A stretch of DNA of 64,000 nucleotides from Dehalococcoidia bacterium (GCA_050248355.1 JBFWSN010000004.1:196569-260568), one strand, 5' to 3'. Counted from the stretch's first letter, positions 47,205-57,905 are shown. The notes: generated from the sequence alone by a model not told the origin. Numbers and translations: made by a program.

Positions 47205-49552
47205 GCGGGCTCCAGACGCAGGCGGTGCTCTGCTGCCGCCTCGATCGCCTCCGGAGAGTACAGCAGCGGACGGTAGCGTCCGGCCACGAATTCCTCGATG
47301 CAGTCGTCGTAGCGGGGGTGGCCGGGGATCCCTGAGTTGCCCGTCGCGAGCTGGAAGACGGAGCGGTCGAAGTCTGCCAGGTCGATCACCTGGCGGTAGC
47401 CGGGAAGGACCGTCACGCGGCCCGCACGCGCGCCGATGTTGTAGGCCGTCTGGAGCACGGTGTTGCCGTCTCCGGGGAGGGGGTAAGGCCCTCGGGAGTA
47501 CCAGCGGCCGAGGCCGGGGACGTGCTCGAGGAGGTGGGGAAGCGGCCAGCGGTGGACGTCGCCCCATCGCCACCGCGAGCGTGCCGGGCCGAGCTCGCTC
47601 TCAAGCGAGTGGAGTGCGCCCTGCAGGGCGGACCTGAGGGCGCGGTCGCGATCGGCGGCACCGGCGAAGCGAGGAGGCTCGGGGCTGGCGAGGGCAGTAA
47701 GGACGGTGCCCTGGAGGCGGTATCCGAAGGAACCACCGCCGATAACGCCGAGGCCGCTGCCCAGTGCCGTCGGTGCGTGGGGGCCGACGAGCCGGGTCGC
47801 CAGCCCGCGGGCGAGGTGCTGGTAGGTGCGGGCGACGAGGGCCGCGGGCGCGCTGTCCACACTCAACGTGCCATCCCAGGCGGCGAGGAAGCGGCGTGTG
47901 TCATCCTCGGGTGGGAGGGCATCGATCAGGAAGTCGCGGAAGCGGGCGAGGGCGCTGGAGTGGACATCGGTCTGGATGGCCTGGAACGAGGCGATGGAGT
48001 GCGCGGGCGTGGCCTCGAGCAACGCGACGACGCGCTCGACGCGCCACGGTTCGCACCAGTCCGCGCCAAGCTCGTGTGCGCCTCCCGGGGCATTGTTGGC
48101 GTTCGCGACGAAGCCGATCGCGGGGTCGAGGAGGCGGGGCATGTCCTCGGGGTCGAGGCACGGGGGCGGGCCGGGTGAGCGCGCGCCATCCTGGGGCAGT
48201 AAGCCCTCACCGTGCTCGCGCCTGGGGATGCGGCCCGACATGCGGTAGCCGATGCGGCCGTCGCGGGCGGCGTAGACGTAGTTGAAGGGGACGCCTGGCC
48301 GCCGCCCGACGGCGGCATCGAACTCCTCGACGGTGGTGGCGCGAGTGAGGTCGAGGACAGGGCCGAGCGGGTCGCCCGGCTCGAGGGCCGTGGAACGGAG
48401 CGCTACTGCGCGGTTCTCACCTCGGACCGCGGGGCCGATGACCGGCCCGTGCCGCGTTTCGAGGACGCGCTCCTCGACGGTACGACCGCCGCGTACGCGG
48501 ATGCGCTCGACGCGCGTGCGTCCGGTACGCCAGCCCTCGGGCGTGAGGTAGCGCGTGGGGTCGGCCGGGTCAACGCTCTCGACGTAGCAGTCGCTGACGT
48601 CGGCGAGGCCCGCGGTGATGCCCCATGCGACGTCGCGGCTGTGGCCCATCGCGATGCCGGGAACACCGGCCACGCCCGCGCCGATGCAGTCGAAGCGCCC
48701 GCCTCGAATATGGGAGACGTGCAACAAGCCAGGCATGCGGGACTCGAGGTGGGGGTCGCTGGCGAGGAGCGGAGCGCCGGTGGTCGTGCGCCGAGCGGTG
48801 ACGGCCCAGGCATTCGACGCGCCGTCGACGTCGAGGCCCGCTTCGAGGGCGGCCTCGTAGGCGCCGAGCAACCGCTCGGCGGCGGGGACGATCGGGACGC
48901 CGGCGGAGGCGTAGGCGTGCTCGGGGTAGGCGGAGTCGATGAGCGCCGCGCGTCGGGGGCCGAGACCGCGGAGGACGCGCTCGCGGAGCAGCTCGGTATC
49001 CCAGTTCACGGCGAACGAGAAGAGCACGAAGCGTCCGAGCAACATCGAGTGCTCGGGGTGCCAAGGGTCGGGCTTCGTGCCGAGGACTGCGTACTCCGGC
49101 GGCAGCGCCGGGAGTGTACGGACGGCGGCGTTCACACCCCGGGCGTAGGCGAACAGGAGGTCGCGCTGTTCGTCACCAGTGGCGGCGAGGTCGCGGCCGG
49201 CGATGTCGACGAAGCCGAGGCGGCGCATGAAGCGGTCCGCTTCGAGACCAGCGCGGCCGGCCCACTCGGAGATACGTCCGGCGGCGGCATGGCGCATGGC
49301 GTCCATCTGGAACAGGCGGTCCTGAGCGTGGACGAACCCCTGGCCGAAGAACACATCGCGCTCGGTGGTGGCGACGATGTGGGGGACGCCGTAGTGGTCG
49401 CGAAGTACGTCGACCGCCCCGTCGAGGCCGGCGACGCCGAGCGTGCCGTCCTCGACGGGGTGCGCGGCCTTACGCAGCGTGATGTACGTAGCGCGGGCGA
49501 CGCCGGCAGCGAGGCGGGCGGCATCGAGTCCGCGTGACCAGTCGAGGGGCAT
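47201..49552 (-). CDS. Penicillin acylase family (Ntn hydrolase)
   Basis: RD.YGVPHI, QDRLFQMD, catalytic ASNAWAV, LASDPHL, ANAN, GNSG.PGHPRY.D. Confidence 0.93.
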   Translation of the reverse strand: MPLDWSRGLDAARLAAGVARATYITLRKAAHPVEDGTLGVAGLDGAVDVLRDHYGVPHIVATTERDVFFGQGFVHAQDRLFQMDAMRHAAAGRISEWAGRAGLEADRFMRRLGFVDIAGRDLAATGDEQRDLLFAYARGVNAAVRTLPALPPEYAVLGTKPDPWHPEHSMLLGRFVLFSFAVNWDTELLRERVLRGLGPRRAALIDSAYPEHAYASAGVPIVPAAERLLGAYEAALEAGLDVDGASNAWAVTARRTTTGAPLLASDPHLESRMPGLLHVSHIRGGRFDCIGAGVAGVPGIAMGHSRDVAWGITAGLADVSDCYVESVDPADPTRYLTPEGWRTGRTRVERIRVRGGRTVEERVLETRHGPVIGPAVRGENRAVALRSTALEPGDPLGPVLDLTRATTVEEFDAAVGRRPGVPFNYVYAARDGRIGYRMSGRIPRREHGEGLLPQDGARSPGPPPCLDPEDMPRLLDPAIGFVANANNAPGGAHELGADWCEPWRVERVVALLEATPAHSIASFQAIQTDVHSSALARFRDFLIDALPPEDDTRRFLAAWDGTLSVDSAPAALVARTYQHLARGLATRLVGPHAPTALGSGLGVIGGGSFGYRLQGTVLTALASPEPPRFAGAADRDRALRSALQGALHSLESELGPARSRWRWGDVHRWPLPHLLEHVPGLGRWYSRGPYPLPGDGNTVLQTAYNIGARAGRVTVLPGYRQVIDLADFDRSVFQLATGNSGIPGHPRYDDCIEEFVAGRYRPLLYSPEAIEAAAEHRLRLEPA

Positions 49553-49554
49553 CG

Positions 49555-49998
49555 TCAGTCGGGGCGGTCGACCGCGTTGATCTTGTCGACGCGCCGCTGG
49601 TGACGCCCGCCCTCGAAGGTGGCCTCGCGGAAGGCGCGGAGGATCTCGGAGGCAGCGCCGCGGCCGATGGCCCAGGAACCGAGGCAGAGGATGTTGGCAT
49701 CGGTGTGCTGGCGGGCGCGCTTCGCGGAGAAGACATCATGGCAGAGGGCGGCGCGGATGCCGTGGACCTTGTTCGCCGCGATCGACGGCCCGACGCCGTT
49801 CGAGCAGATCAGGATGCCGAAGTCGTGCTCGTTGCGCGCGACGGCGTTCGCGAGCGGGACGGCGATGTCCGGGTAGTCCACGGAGTCCTCGGAGTGCGTG
49901 CCGAAGTCGGCGACCTCGTCGCCGAGGTCCTCGAGCTCTCTGCGGAGGATCTCTTTGAGCGCGAACCCCGCGTGGTCGGCGCCGATCGCGATGCGCAT
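49555..49998 (-). CDS. rpiB: Ribose-5-phosphate isomerase B
   Basis: GADHAG, DYPD, ICSNGVG..IAANKV.GIRAA, FEGGRHQRR. Confidence 0.95.
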   Translation of the reverse strand: MRIAIGADHAGFALKEILRRELEDLGDEVADFGTHSEDSVDYPDIAVPLANAVARNEHDFGILICSNGVGPSIAANKVHGIRAALCHDVFSAKRARQHTDANILCLGSWAIGRGAASEILRAFREATFEGGRHQRRVDKINAVDRPD

Positions 49999-50149
49999 GC
50001 CTGCCTCGTCCGGTGTCTTGTGTGGGCTTCCCCGATCGTACACGAAGTCGCCCCAATGGCTCAGTGGCGTCGCGGGCTCGGAGCGGGCGGGAGGCGTGGT
50101 TGGCGCGTGGCAAACAGCGCGTCAGCATCCGAAGCGGGTCGCGTTGCGG

Positions 50150-50761
50150 TCATCGAGGCTCGTCGGTCGCCTGTGTGAGGCCAAGCTGCCGGGCGGTGAG
50201 GGGGCCTTCACGGAGGACACGCGGCGGGTCCTCGGCGAGGTCGATCACGGTCGAGGCAGCGTCGCCGCGAGGGCCGGCGTCGAGGACGGGGAGATCGTCG
50301 CCGAAGGCGGCGATGACCTCGGCGGCGGTGGAGGCAGCGGGCTGGCCGTGGAGGTTCGCGCTCGTGACGGCGAGCATGCCGCCGCAGCGGCGGAGCAGCT
50401 CGCGGGTGAGGGGATCGTCAGGCTGGCGCAGGCCGATGGCGCCCCTCGGGACGAGGAGCGGGACGAAGGCGTCCGGGCGAGCGGGGACGATGAGCGTGAG
50501 CGCACCGGGCCAGAAGGCGGCGAGGCGGTGGAACACCTCGGGCAGGTCGATGAGGGGAGCGACTGCCTCCAGCGCGTCGAAGAGGACGGCGATCGGCTGT
50601 TGCGGGTCGCGGCCCTTCAACGTCGCGAGGCGCGTAATGGCCTCGGGGTCGTCGACGCGGGCGGCGAGGCCGTAGACGGTGTCGGTGGGGATGCCGACGA
50701 CCTCCCCGGCGAGCAGCAGGCGAGTGACATCCTCGAGGCGGCCGGGCGGGATCAGGGGCAT
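50150..50761 (-). CDS. tsaC: L-threonylcarbamoyladenylate synthase (Sua5/YrdC)
   Basis: PTDTVYGL, KGR, FWPGALT, TSANLHG, STVIDL. Confidence 0.92.
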   Translation of the reverse strand: MPLIPPGRLEDVTRLLLAGEVVGIPTDTVYGLAARVDDPEAITRLATLKGRDPQQPIAVLFDALEAVAPLIDLPEVFHRLAAFWPGALTLIVPARPDAFVPLLVPRGAIGLRQPDDPLTRELLRRCGGMLAVTSANLHGQPAASTAAEVIAAFGDDLPVLDAGPRGDAASTVIDLAEDPPRVLREGPLTARQLGLTQATDEPR

Positions 50762-50795
50762 CGGCGCGCCATGCGGAGCGGGGGTGCGGGGTTCA

Positions 50796-50824
50796 TTGAC
50801 CGCACTATAGGGCCTCGATACGAT
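50796..50824 (+). promoter_or_regulatory. Putative sigma70 promoter of the guaA-pur operon
   Basis: TTGACC-N17-TACGAT. Confidence 0.55.
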
Positions 50825-50862
50825 CCGGCCCTAGCGGCGTCTTCCCCCCGAATCCGAGCGCA

Positions 50863-52530
50863 ATGACTGACACCAACGAGGCAGCAGGCGCGCCTCCCAG
50901 GATTCGCGCTTCCGGCGACAGCGAGGTCGGGACGTACCTCGAGATCGCGTCCGACAGGGAGCCCGGCCAGATCTTCACGCCCGCCCCGAACGCGCCCGAG
51001 GCGATCGTGGTCCTCGACTACGGGTCGCAGTTCTCCATGCTGATCGCGCGGCGCATCCGCGAGGCCGGCGTGTACTCGGAGCTGGTGCCGTGGGACGCGA
51101 GGCCCGAGGACCTGAACCACCTGCGGGTGAAGGGCTTCGTGCTGTCGGGCGGGCCGGCCTCGGTGTACGAGGAGGGCGCGCCCGCACTGCCCTCGTACGT
51201 GATCGCCTCGAGGCTACCGGTGCTCGGCATCTGTTACGGGATGCAGCTGCTGGCGCATACCCTGGGCGGGCGGGTGGTGCCGGCCTCGGTGCGTGAGTAC
51301 GGGCACGCCGTGATCACGCTGTCGGACGCCACAAACCCGCTGCTGCGCGGGCTGCCACCCTCGATGCCGGTGTGGATGTCGCACGGCGACCACGTCGTCG
51401 AGTTGCCGCCGGGGTTTCGCTCGATCGCGCAGTCGGAGTCGTCGCCGGTGGCGGTGATGGCGGACGCCGAGGGGCACCTCGGGATCCAGTTCCACCCGGA
51501 GGTGGTGCACACGCCGCAGGGCGACCACCTGATCCGCAACTTCGTGCTCGACGTCGCGGGGTGCAGCGGTGACTGGACCGCCTCGAACTTCATCGAGGAG
51601 TCGGTGGAGCACATCCGCGAGCGCGTAGGCGACGGCAAGGTCATCTGCGCGCTGTCGGGCGGGGTCGACTCGGCCGTGGCGGCGACGCTCGTCCACCGGG
51701 CGATCGGCGACCAGCTGACGTGCATCTTCGTGGACAACGGGCTGCTGCGCCTCGGCGAGGCGGAACGCGTCGTGAGCACGTTCCGGCAGCACATGGCGAT
51801 GAACCTCATCCACGTCGACTCGACCGACCGGTTTATGTCCGAACTAGCCGAGGTGACGGCGCCTGAAACCAAACGCAAGCGGATCGGCGAGACGTTCATC
51901 CGCGTCTTCGAGGCGGAAGCGACGCACCTCGGTACGGTCGACTTCATCTGCCAGGGCACGACGTACCCGGACGTCATCGAATCGGCGTCCACGGGGAGCA
52001 GCGCGGCGGCGAAGATCAAAACGCATCACAACGTCGGCGGGCTGCCGAAAGACATGCAGTTCACGCTCATCGAGCCGCTGCGCAACCTGTTCAAGGACGA
52101 GGTGCGGCGGGTGGGCAAGGAGCTGGGGCTACCCGACGAGATGGTGTACCGGCAGCCGTTCCCCGGTCCCGGCCTCGCGATCCGCGTGATCGGCGAGGTG
52201 ACGCGGGAGAAGCTCGACATCCTGCGGGCGGCGGACTGGATCGTGATGGACGAGATCCGGAACGCGGCGCTGTACTACGACCTCTGGCAGTCGTTCGCGG
52301 TGCTGACGGACACCAAGACGGTGGGCGTGCAGGGCGACTTCCGCACGTACGGCTACTGCGTGGCGCTGCGCTGCGTAACCGCCGAGGACGCGATGACGGC
52401 GGACTGGGCGCGGCTCCCGTACGACCTGCTGGGGCGCATCTCGACGCGAATCGTGAATGAGGTGCCGGGGGTGAACCGCGTGGTGTACGACATCACCTCG
52501 AAGCCGCCCGGCACCATCGAGTGGGAGTAG
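50863..52530 (+). CDS. guaA: GMP synthase (glutamine-hydrolysing)
   Basis: [41 protein letters not shown]. Confidence 0.98.
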   Translation: MTDTNEAAGAPPRIRASGDSEVGTYLEIASDREPGQIFTPAPNAPEAIVVLDYGSQFSMLIARRIREAGVYSELVPWDARPEDLNHLRVKGFVLSGGPASVYEEGAPALPSYVIASRLPVLGICYGMQLLAHTLGGRVVPASVREYGHAVITLSDATNPLLRGLPPSMPVWMSHGDHVVELPPGFRSIAQSESSPVAVMADAEGHLGIQFHPEVVHTPQGDHLIRNFVLDVAGCSGDWTASNFIEESVEHIRERVGDGKVICALSGGVDSAVAATLVHRAIGDQLTCIFVDNGLLRLGEAERVVSTFRQHMAMNLIHVDSTDRFMSELAEVTAPETKRKRIGETFIRVFEAEATHLGTVDFICQGTTYPDVIESASTGSSAAAKIKTHHNVGGLPKDMQFTLIEPLRNLFKDEVRRVGKELGLPDEMVYRQPFPGPGLAIRVIGEVTREKLDILRAADWIVMDEIRNAALYYDLWQSFAVLTDTKTVGVQGDFRTYGYCVALRCVTAEDAMTADWARLPYDLLGRISTRIVNEVPGVNRVVYDITSKPPGTIEWE

Positions 52531-52555
52531 GGCCGGTGGGAGTAGGTTGCTCCCG

Positions 52556-53848
52556 ATGACGGGCATGAGCGTCGTGCTGCTCGGGTCGGGCGGGCGGGAG
52601 CACGCGATTGCGTGGAAGCTCGCGCAGTCTTCGATGCTCGCGAAGCTGTGGATTGCGCCGGGGAACGCCGGGACGGCGGATTTCGGCGAGAACGTCGACG
52701 TGCGCGCGACGGACGTCGAGGGGGTCGTGAGGCTGGCGCAGCGGGTGCGCGCGGACCTCGTGATCGTGGCGCCGGACGACCCGCTCGCGGCGGGCGTCGT
52801 CGATGCGCTGGCTGCCGCGGGGATCGCGGCGTTCGGGCCGACCAGGGCCGCCGCGGAACTCGAATGGTCGAAGTCGTTCGCGAAGCAGGTCATGCGGGAG
52901 GCGGGGATCCCGACCGCCGAGTCCCGCGTGTTCGAGGACGCGGGCGAGGCAAGGCTATACGTCGAGGGCCTCGGCGGGCCGTGCGTCGTGAAGGCGGACG
53001 GGCTGGCGCTCGGCAAGGGCGTCACGGTGTGCGACGACGTGTCGCAGGCCCTCGCGGCGATCGACGAGATGATGGTCCGGCGGGCGTTCGGGGACGCCGG
53101 CGCGCGCGTCGTGATCGAGGAGCGGATGCGGGGACCTGAGACCTCGGCGCATGCGTTCTCGGATGGCGTGACGGTGCGGCACATGCCGTTCTCGTGCGAC
53201 CACAAGCCGGCGTTCGACGGCAACCTCGGGCCGAACACCGGGGGGATGGGCGTGTATTCGCCGCCGGGCTGGCTCAGCGCCGAGCACGCTTCGTTCATCG
53301 AGCGCGAAGTGACCGAGGCGGCCGTGCGGGCGATGGCGGGTGCGGGGCGGCCGTATCGAGGGGTGTTGTACCCGGGGATGATGGTGACCGACTCGGGGCC
53401 GCGGGTGGTGGAGTTCAACTGCCGCTTCGGCGACCCGGAGACCGAGGCGTTGTTGCCTCGGCTGCGGTCCGACCTCCTCGCGATCTGCGACGCCGTGGCG
53501 CACGGCCGCCTGGCGGACGTGCCGGTCGAGTGGAGCGAGGCGGCGACCGTGGGTGTCGTGCTCGCCTCGGGCGGGTACCCGGGGGCGTACGAGACGGGCT
53601 TCCCCATCGAGGGCGTTGGGGACGTCGATGCAGACGTACAGGTGTTCCTCGCGGGGGCGAAGCGCGATGACGCAGGGGTGCTGCGCACCTCGGGCGGGCG
53701 GGTGCTGTGCGTCGTCGCGAGCGGGGCGACGGTGGCGGAGGCGCGGGCGCGCGCGTACGACAACGTGCGGCGCATCCACTTCGAGGGGATGCACTACCGA
53801 ACGGACATCGGGGTGACGGCGGACGCGCCGATTGGCTCCCGACCGTGA
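52556..53848 (+). CDS. purD: Phosphoribosylamine-glycine ligase
   Basis: GSGGREHA, KADGLALGKGV, GPNTGGMG, EFNCRFGDPE, HYRTDIG. Confidence 0.97.
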   Translation: MTGMSVVLLGSGGREHAIAWKLAQSSMLAKLWIAPGNAGTADFGENVDVRATDVEGVVRLAQRVRADLVIVAPDDPLAAGVVDALAAAGIAAFGPTRAAAELEWSKSFAKQVMREAGIPTAESRVFEDAGEARLYVEGLGGPCVVKADGLALGKGVTVCDDVSQALAAIDEMMVRRAFGDAGARVVIEERMRGPETSAHAFSDGVTVRHMPFSCDHKPAFDGNLGPNTGGMGVYSPPGWLSAEHASFIEREVTEAAVRAMAGAGRPYRGVLYPGMMVTDSGPRVVEFNCRFGDPETEALLPRLRSDLLAICDAVAHGRLADVPVEWSEAATVGVVLASGGYPGAYETGFPIEGVGDVDADVQVFLAGAKRDDAGVLRTSGGRVLCVVASGATVAEARARAYDNVRRIHFEGMHYRTDIGVTADAPIGSRP

Positions 53849-54234
53849 CCTCGGTGCGGTGCCCGATGCGGGAGTGCCGGCGGTCGATTGACCTCGATGC
53901 GCTGCCGGCGTGGCCGGAGCGACCGGCCGCGGCGCCATGTCTGCACTTCATCGCGGCGTGGGGCGAGGGGCGCGAGTCGATGGGCCTCGAGGTGCTGCAT
54001 GCGCTCGAGGGGAACCGGGAGCTGGTGATCCGCAACGTGCGGCCGCCTGAGATCTCGCGCGCACTGCTCGAGGAGCACCGCGAGCGCATCGAGGGGGCGA
54101 TCGCGGCGTTCGCGCACGTTGTCGACGGCGTGGCGTTGTTCGGCGACCAACATGAGCGGGACGCGGTGAGCCGCGAACTGGCGCAGATACTCATCGGGCC
54201 GGACCCGATGGTGAGCAGACTGGCGGCAGGATGA
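53845..54234 (+). CDS. Hypothetical protein with putative Zn-binding CPxxxC...CxH
   Basis: GTGA/ATGA-coupled on both sides within the pur operon. Confidence 0.75.
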   Translation: MTSVRCPMRECRRSIDLDALPAWPERPAAAPCLHFIAAWGEGRESMGLEVLHALEGNRELVIRNVRPPEISRALLEEHRERIEGAIAAFAHVVDGVALFGDQHERDAVSRELAQILIGPDPMVSRLAAG

Positions 54235-54575
54235 GCGAGTTTCGGACGAAGACGTACGCGGCGGTGCCCGTGCACGACGCCTTCCCCGGCGTCGTGCGGC
54301 GGACGCTGGCCTCCGGTGAGCGGCTGACGATGGTGGAGATCCGCATCGCGCCAGGGTCGAACGTGCCCGAGCACACGCATCCGCACGAACAGGCGGGGCA
54401 CGTGGCGGCGGGGCAGGTGCGCTTCCGCATCGGGAGCGAGGAGTTCGAGCTCGAGGCGGGGGACTCGTATCTGATCCCGAGCGGGCTGCCTCATTATGTC
54501 GAGGCGATCGACGCCGCGATCCTCATCGAAGTGTTCGCGCCGGTGCGCGAGGACTTCGTGGACGACGCGCCGTGA
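54231..54575 (+). CDS. Cupin domain protein
   Basis: PEHTHPHEQAG...PSGLPHYV...EVFAPVRED. Confidence 0.9.
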   Translation: MSEFRTKTYAAVPVHDAFPGVVRRTLASGERLTMVEIRIAPGSNVPEHTHPHEQAGHVAAGQVRFRIGSEEFELEAGDSYLIPSGLPHYVEAIDAAILIEVFAPVREDFVDDAP

Positions 54576-55873
54576 TTCCTCGATACAGCCGGCCGGAGAT
54601 GACGGCGATCTGGGCCGACGACTACAAGTTCCAGCGCTGGCTGGACGTCGAGATCGCGGTCGTGCAGGCGTGGGCGGACGTCGGCGTCGTACCTGCCGAG
54701 GACGCGCGGCTGATCGCCTCGAACGCCCGCATCAACATCGGGGACATCGACCGGTACATCGCGGAGACGCACCACGACGTGACGGCGTTCCTGCGCTCGG
54801 TCGCGGACTCGCTGGGGCCTGAATCGAGGTGGGTACACCTCGGGCTGACGTCCTCGGACGTGTGGGACACGGCGACGAGCCTCCAGCTTGTCGCCGCGAC
54901 GGACCTGCTGCTCGCGCAGCTCGCGCGGCTGCGCGAGGTCGTCGGGCGGCGGGCGGTGGAGCACAAAGACACGATCTGCGTCGGACGGACGCACGGCGTG
55001 CACGCGGAGCCGACGACGTTCGGGCTCAAGCTTGCGGTGTGGGTGGCGGAGATCGCGCGGCACGAGGAGCGACTGCGCGCGGCGCGGGCGACGGTGGCTG
55101 TGGGACAGATGTCGGGGCCGGTGGGGACGCACGCGACGGTGCCGCCCGCGGTGGAGGAGCAGGCGTGCGCGCACCTCGGGCTGGCGGTGGCGGAGGTGAC
55201 GACGCAGATCATCCAGCGCGACCGGCACGCGCACTTCCTCGCGGTGCTGGCGGGTGCGGGGGCGTCGCTCGAGAAGTTCGCGACGGAGATCCGGGGGCTG
55301 CAGCGCACGGAGATCCTCGAGGCCGAGGAGCCGTTCGAGGCGGGGCAGACGGGGTCGTCCTCGATGCCGCACAAGCGGAACCCGGAGCTGTGCGAGCGCG
55401 TGTGCGGCCTGGCACGGACGCTGCGCGGGTACGCGGTGACGGGCCTGGAGAACGTGGCGCTGTGGCACGAGCGGGACATCTCGCACTCGGGGGCGGAGCG
55501 CATCATCCTCCCCGACGCGACCGGGCTGCTCGCGTACATGCTGCACATCTTCACCGGCGTGATGGATGGCCTCGTGGTGTACCCGCAGCGGATGCGCGCG
55601 AACCTCGAGCGGACGCAGGGCCTCGTGTTCTCGCAGAAGGTGCTGCTCGCGCTGATCGAGACGGGGCTGACGCGCGAGGCGGCGTACCAGATCGTGCAGC
55701 GCCACTCGATGGCGGCGTGGGAGCAGCAGACGCCGCTGCGCGGGCTGCTCGAAGCGGACCCCGAGGTGACGGGGCGCCTCGACGCGGCGCGGCTGGACGC
55801 GGTCTTCGACTACGGGGCGTACCTCGTGCATGTGGACGAGTCGTTCCGGCGCATCGGACTGCTGCCGGCATGA
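54572..55873 (+). CDS. purB: Adenylosuccinate lyase
   Basis: MIPRYSRPEM, GRTHGVHAEP, GSSSMPHKRNP, LWHERDISHS. Confidence 0.98.
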   Translation: MIPRYSRPEMTAIWADDYKFQRWLDVEIAVVQAWADVGVVPAEDARLIASNARINIGDIDRYIAETHHDVTAFLRSVADSLGPESRWVHLGLTSSDVWDTATSLQLVAATDLLLAQLARLREVVGRRAVEHKDTICVGRTHGVHAEPTTFGLKLAVWVAEIARHEERLRAARATVAVGQMSGPVGTHATVPPAVEEQACAHLGLAVAEVTTQIIQRDRHAHFLAVLAGAGASLEKFATEIRGLQRTEILEAEEPFEAGQTGSSSMPHKRNPELCERVCGLARTLRGYAVTGLENVALWHERDISHSGAERIILPDATGLLAYMLHIFTGVMDGLVVYPQRMRANLERTQGLVFSQKVLLALIETGLTREAAYQIVQRHSMAAWEQQTPLRGLLEADPEVTGRLDAARLDAVFDYGAYLVHVDESFRRIGLLPA

Positions 55874-56766
55874 GCGAGGTGCTGCTGACGACGGAGCGGC
55901 CGGGGCTGCTGCACCGAGGCAAGGTGCGCGACCTGTACGAGCTGCCGGGCGACCGGATGCTGATGGTGGCGACCGACCGCATCTCCGCATTCGACGTGGT
56001 GATGCCGCAGGGCATCCCGCGCAAGGGGGAGGTGCTGACGCGGCTGTCGGCGTACTGGTTCGACCGCACTGCGGCGGTGGTGCCGAACCACATGGTCGCG
56101 GTGCTCGATGCGGCGAACGCCTCGGAGCTGGGGGTGGACGCGGACGCGTCGTTCTTCGGACGGTCGATGGTGGTGCGGAAGGCCGAGCCGCTGCCGGTGG
56201 AGTGCGTGGTGCGCGGCTACCTCGCGGGGTCGGGGTGGGCGGACTACCAGGCGACGGGGCGCGTGAGCGGTGTCGACCTGCCGCCGGGCCTGGTGCAGTG
56301 CGACCGGCTGTTCGAGCCGGTCTTCACGCCGTCCTCGAAGGCCGCGGTGGGGCAGCACGACGAGCCGATCAGCTATGCGGACGTCGAGGCGCTGGTGGGG
56401 CCGGACCGCGCGCACGTGATGCGGCTGCGGTCGCTGGCGCTGTACCGCTACGCGGCGGAAGTGGCGCTGGAGCGCGGCATCATCATCGCGGACACGAAGT
56501 TCGAGTTCGGGATGCTCGACGGCGAGGTGGTGCTGATCGACGAGGCGCTGACGCCTGACTCCTCCCGGTTCTGGCCGGTGGAGCAGTACCAGCCGGGACG
56601 CGACCAGCCGTCCTTCGACAAGCAGCCGCTGCGCGACTGGCTGACGGCGTCGGGGTGGGCGAAGCGGCCGCCGGCGCCGGAGCTGCCGCCCGAGGTGGTG
56701 CAGGCGACCTCGGCGCGCTATCTCGAAGCCTACCGCCTCCTCACGGGGGCGGGCCTGCCCGACTAG
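55870..56766 (+). CDS. purC: SAICAR synthase
   Basis: GKVRDLY, TDRISAFD, ECVVRGYLAGS, ADTKFEFG, TPDSSRFW, SFDKQ. Confidence 0.97.
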   Translation: MSEVLLTTERPGLLHRGKVRDLYELPGDRMLMVATDRISAFDVVMPQGIPRKGEVLTRLSAYWFDRTAAVVPNHMVAVLDAANASELGVDADASFFGRSMVVRKAEPLPVECVVRGYLAGSGWADYQATGRVSGVDLPPGLVQCDRLFEPVFTPSSKAAVGQHDEPISYADVEALVGPDRAHVMRLRSLALYRYAAEVALERGIIIADTKFEFGMLDGEVVLIDEALTPDSSRFWPVEQYQPGRDQPSFDKQPLRDWLTASGWAKRPPAPELPPEVVQATSARYLEAYRLLTGAGLPD

Positions 56767-56792
56767 CCAGCAAGAGACAGCGAGGAGCCCTC

Positions 56793-57056
56793 GTGCCGAC
56801 CTTTCAAGCGCGAATCAACGTGATGCTGAAGCCGCTGGTGAACGACCCGCAGGGGCTGGCGGTGCGGGACGGGCTGCACACGCTGGGCTTCGAGGGCGTG
56901 AGCACCGTGCGCGTGGGGAAGCGCGTCGAGGTGACGCTGGAGGCCTCGGACGCGGGAGCGGCGGAGGCGGCGATCCGCTCGATGTGTGAGCAGTTGCTGG
57001 CGAACCCGGTGATCGAGGACTTCCGGTTTGAGGTGGGGGAGGTTGTGGCGGGGTAG
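56793..57056 (+). CDS. purS: FGAM synthase subunit PurS
   Basis: NDPQG, VRVGK, LLANPVIE; GAGGAG RBS. Confidence 0.95.
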   Translation: MPTFQARINVMLKPLVNDPQGLAVRDGLHTLGFEGVSTVRVGKRVEVTLEASDAGAAEAAIRSMCEQLLANPVIEDFRFEVGEVVAG

Positions 57057-57266
57057 GGGTTGCGCGCCTACGCATACCGCTGGTCGAAGAGCAGCGGGTC
57101 GCGGCTGATGAAGCGGCCGAGCGTGGGGTCGTAGTTGCGGGCGCGGAGGAGTAGTAGCCGGTGTCGCCGGTGGCGTGGTCGAGCTGCTCGCCGGTGAAGA
57201 GCCAGTAGTTGCTGCTCGGGCCGGAGCGCGAGGTGACCGCGCCGGACACATCGTAGACGGAGGTGT
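57057..57266 (-). pseudogene. RHS-core remnant with frameshift and in-frame stop, no C-terminal tip
   Basis: NYWLFTGEQLD..GYY(fs)LRAR.YDPTLGRFISRDPLLFDQRYA*ARNP; 1-nt deletion at ~57150, TAG at 57070-57068. Confidence 0.9.
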
Positions 57267-57381
57267 GAGCATCACTAGTCTGATGCCCTTGGCTGGCGAA
57301 AAGCCCGAACCCTGGAGACGCACCTAGTGTCGTGATCACCGGTAGAATATCGTCAGGCGCGCCGAGTACGGGAAGTATGAA

Positions 57382-57567
57382 ATGTATGAGACGTTCAGCG
57401 CTATCATAATCGTTTCGATACATCTCGCACTGATCGCGATTTGCGCGCGGATGACGGACGAGAAAGCTCGTGGTCTGACCCTCGGCATATGGCTCGGCGG
57501 ACTTCTGTCTCTGGTCGGCCTGCTCATCGTCGTACTTATCCCGCCGAAGAACAGCGGCGAATCGTGA
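57382..57567 (+). CDS. Small 2-TM membrane protein
   Basis: Hydrophobic, K.RG...GIWLG.LL..VGLLIVVLIP pattern; lower GC. Confidence 0.6.
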   Translation: MYETFSAIIIVSIHLALIAICARMTDEKARGLTLGIWLGGLLSLVGLLIVVLIPPKNSGES

Positions 57568-57584
57568 GTGTGCGCGGTGTGCGA

Positions 57585-57905
57585 TTACGACGAGAGCGTC
57601 AGGCGCGCGAGGACGAACGCGAGGAGAAGGCAGCACACCACATTAACCGTCGCCCTGATCACTGTTCGTCGACGTTGCGCGGGACCTGGTTCACGCGTCC
57701 GTGCCGGCATCACGAGCAGCCATATCGCGAGTCCGAAGGCCTCGACTGACACGATTCCGGCGAGGACTGCCACAAATCGATACGCTGCCGTTGAAGTTGG
57801 ATTCGACCAGTTGCTCAAGGCCACCCAGAGCAGGAGCGCACCTGCGCCAGCACTGGTCGCAGCGGCGCGTACCGTCTGTGCGCGGGTGGCACGATCCTGG
57901 CTCAT
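57585..57905 (-). CDS. Small 3-TM membrane protein (possible orphan immunity)
   Basis: Three hydrophobic segments; GGAG RBS; co-oriented with the RHS array. Confidence 0.6.
   Translation of the reverse strand: MSQDRATRAQTVRAAATSAGAGALLLWVALSNWSNPTSTAAYRFVAVLAGIVSVEAFGLAIWLLVMPARTREPGPAQRRRTVIRATVNVVCCLLLAFVLARLTLSS

Noticed and set aside
50762-50862. Purine or ZTP riboswitch before guaA
   Set aside because: The leader is too short after the predicted promoter and lacks consensus motifs.
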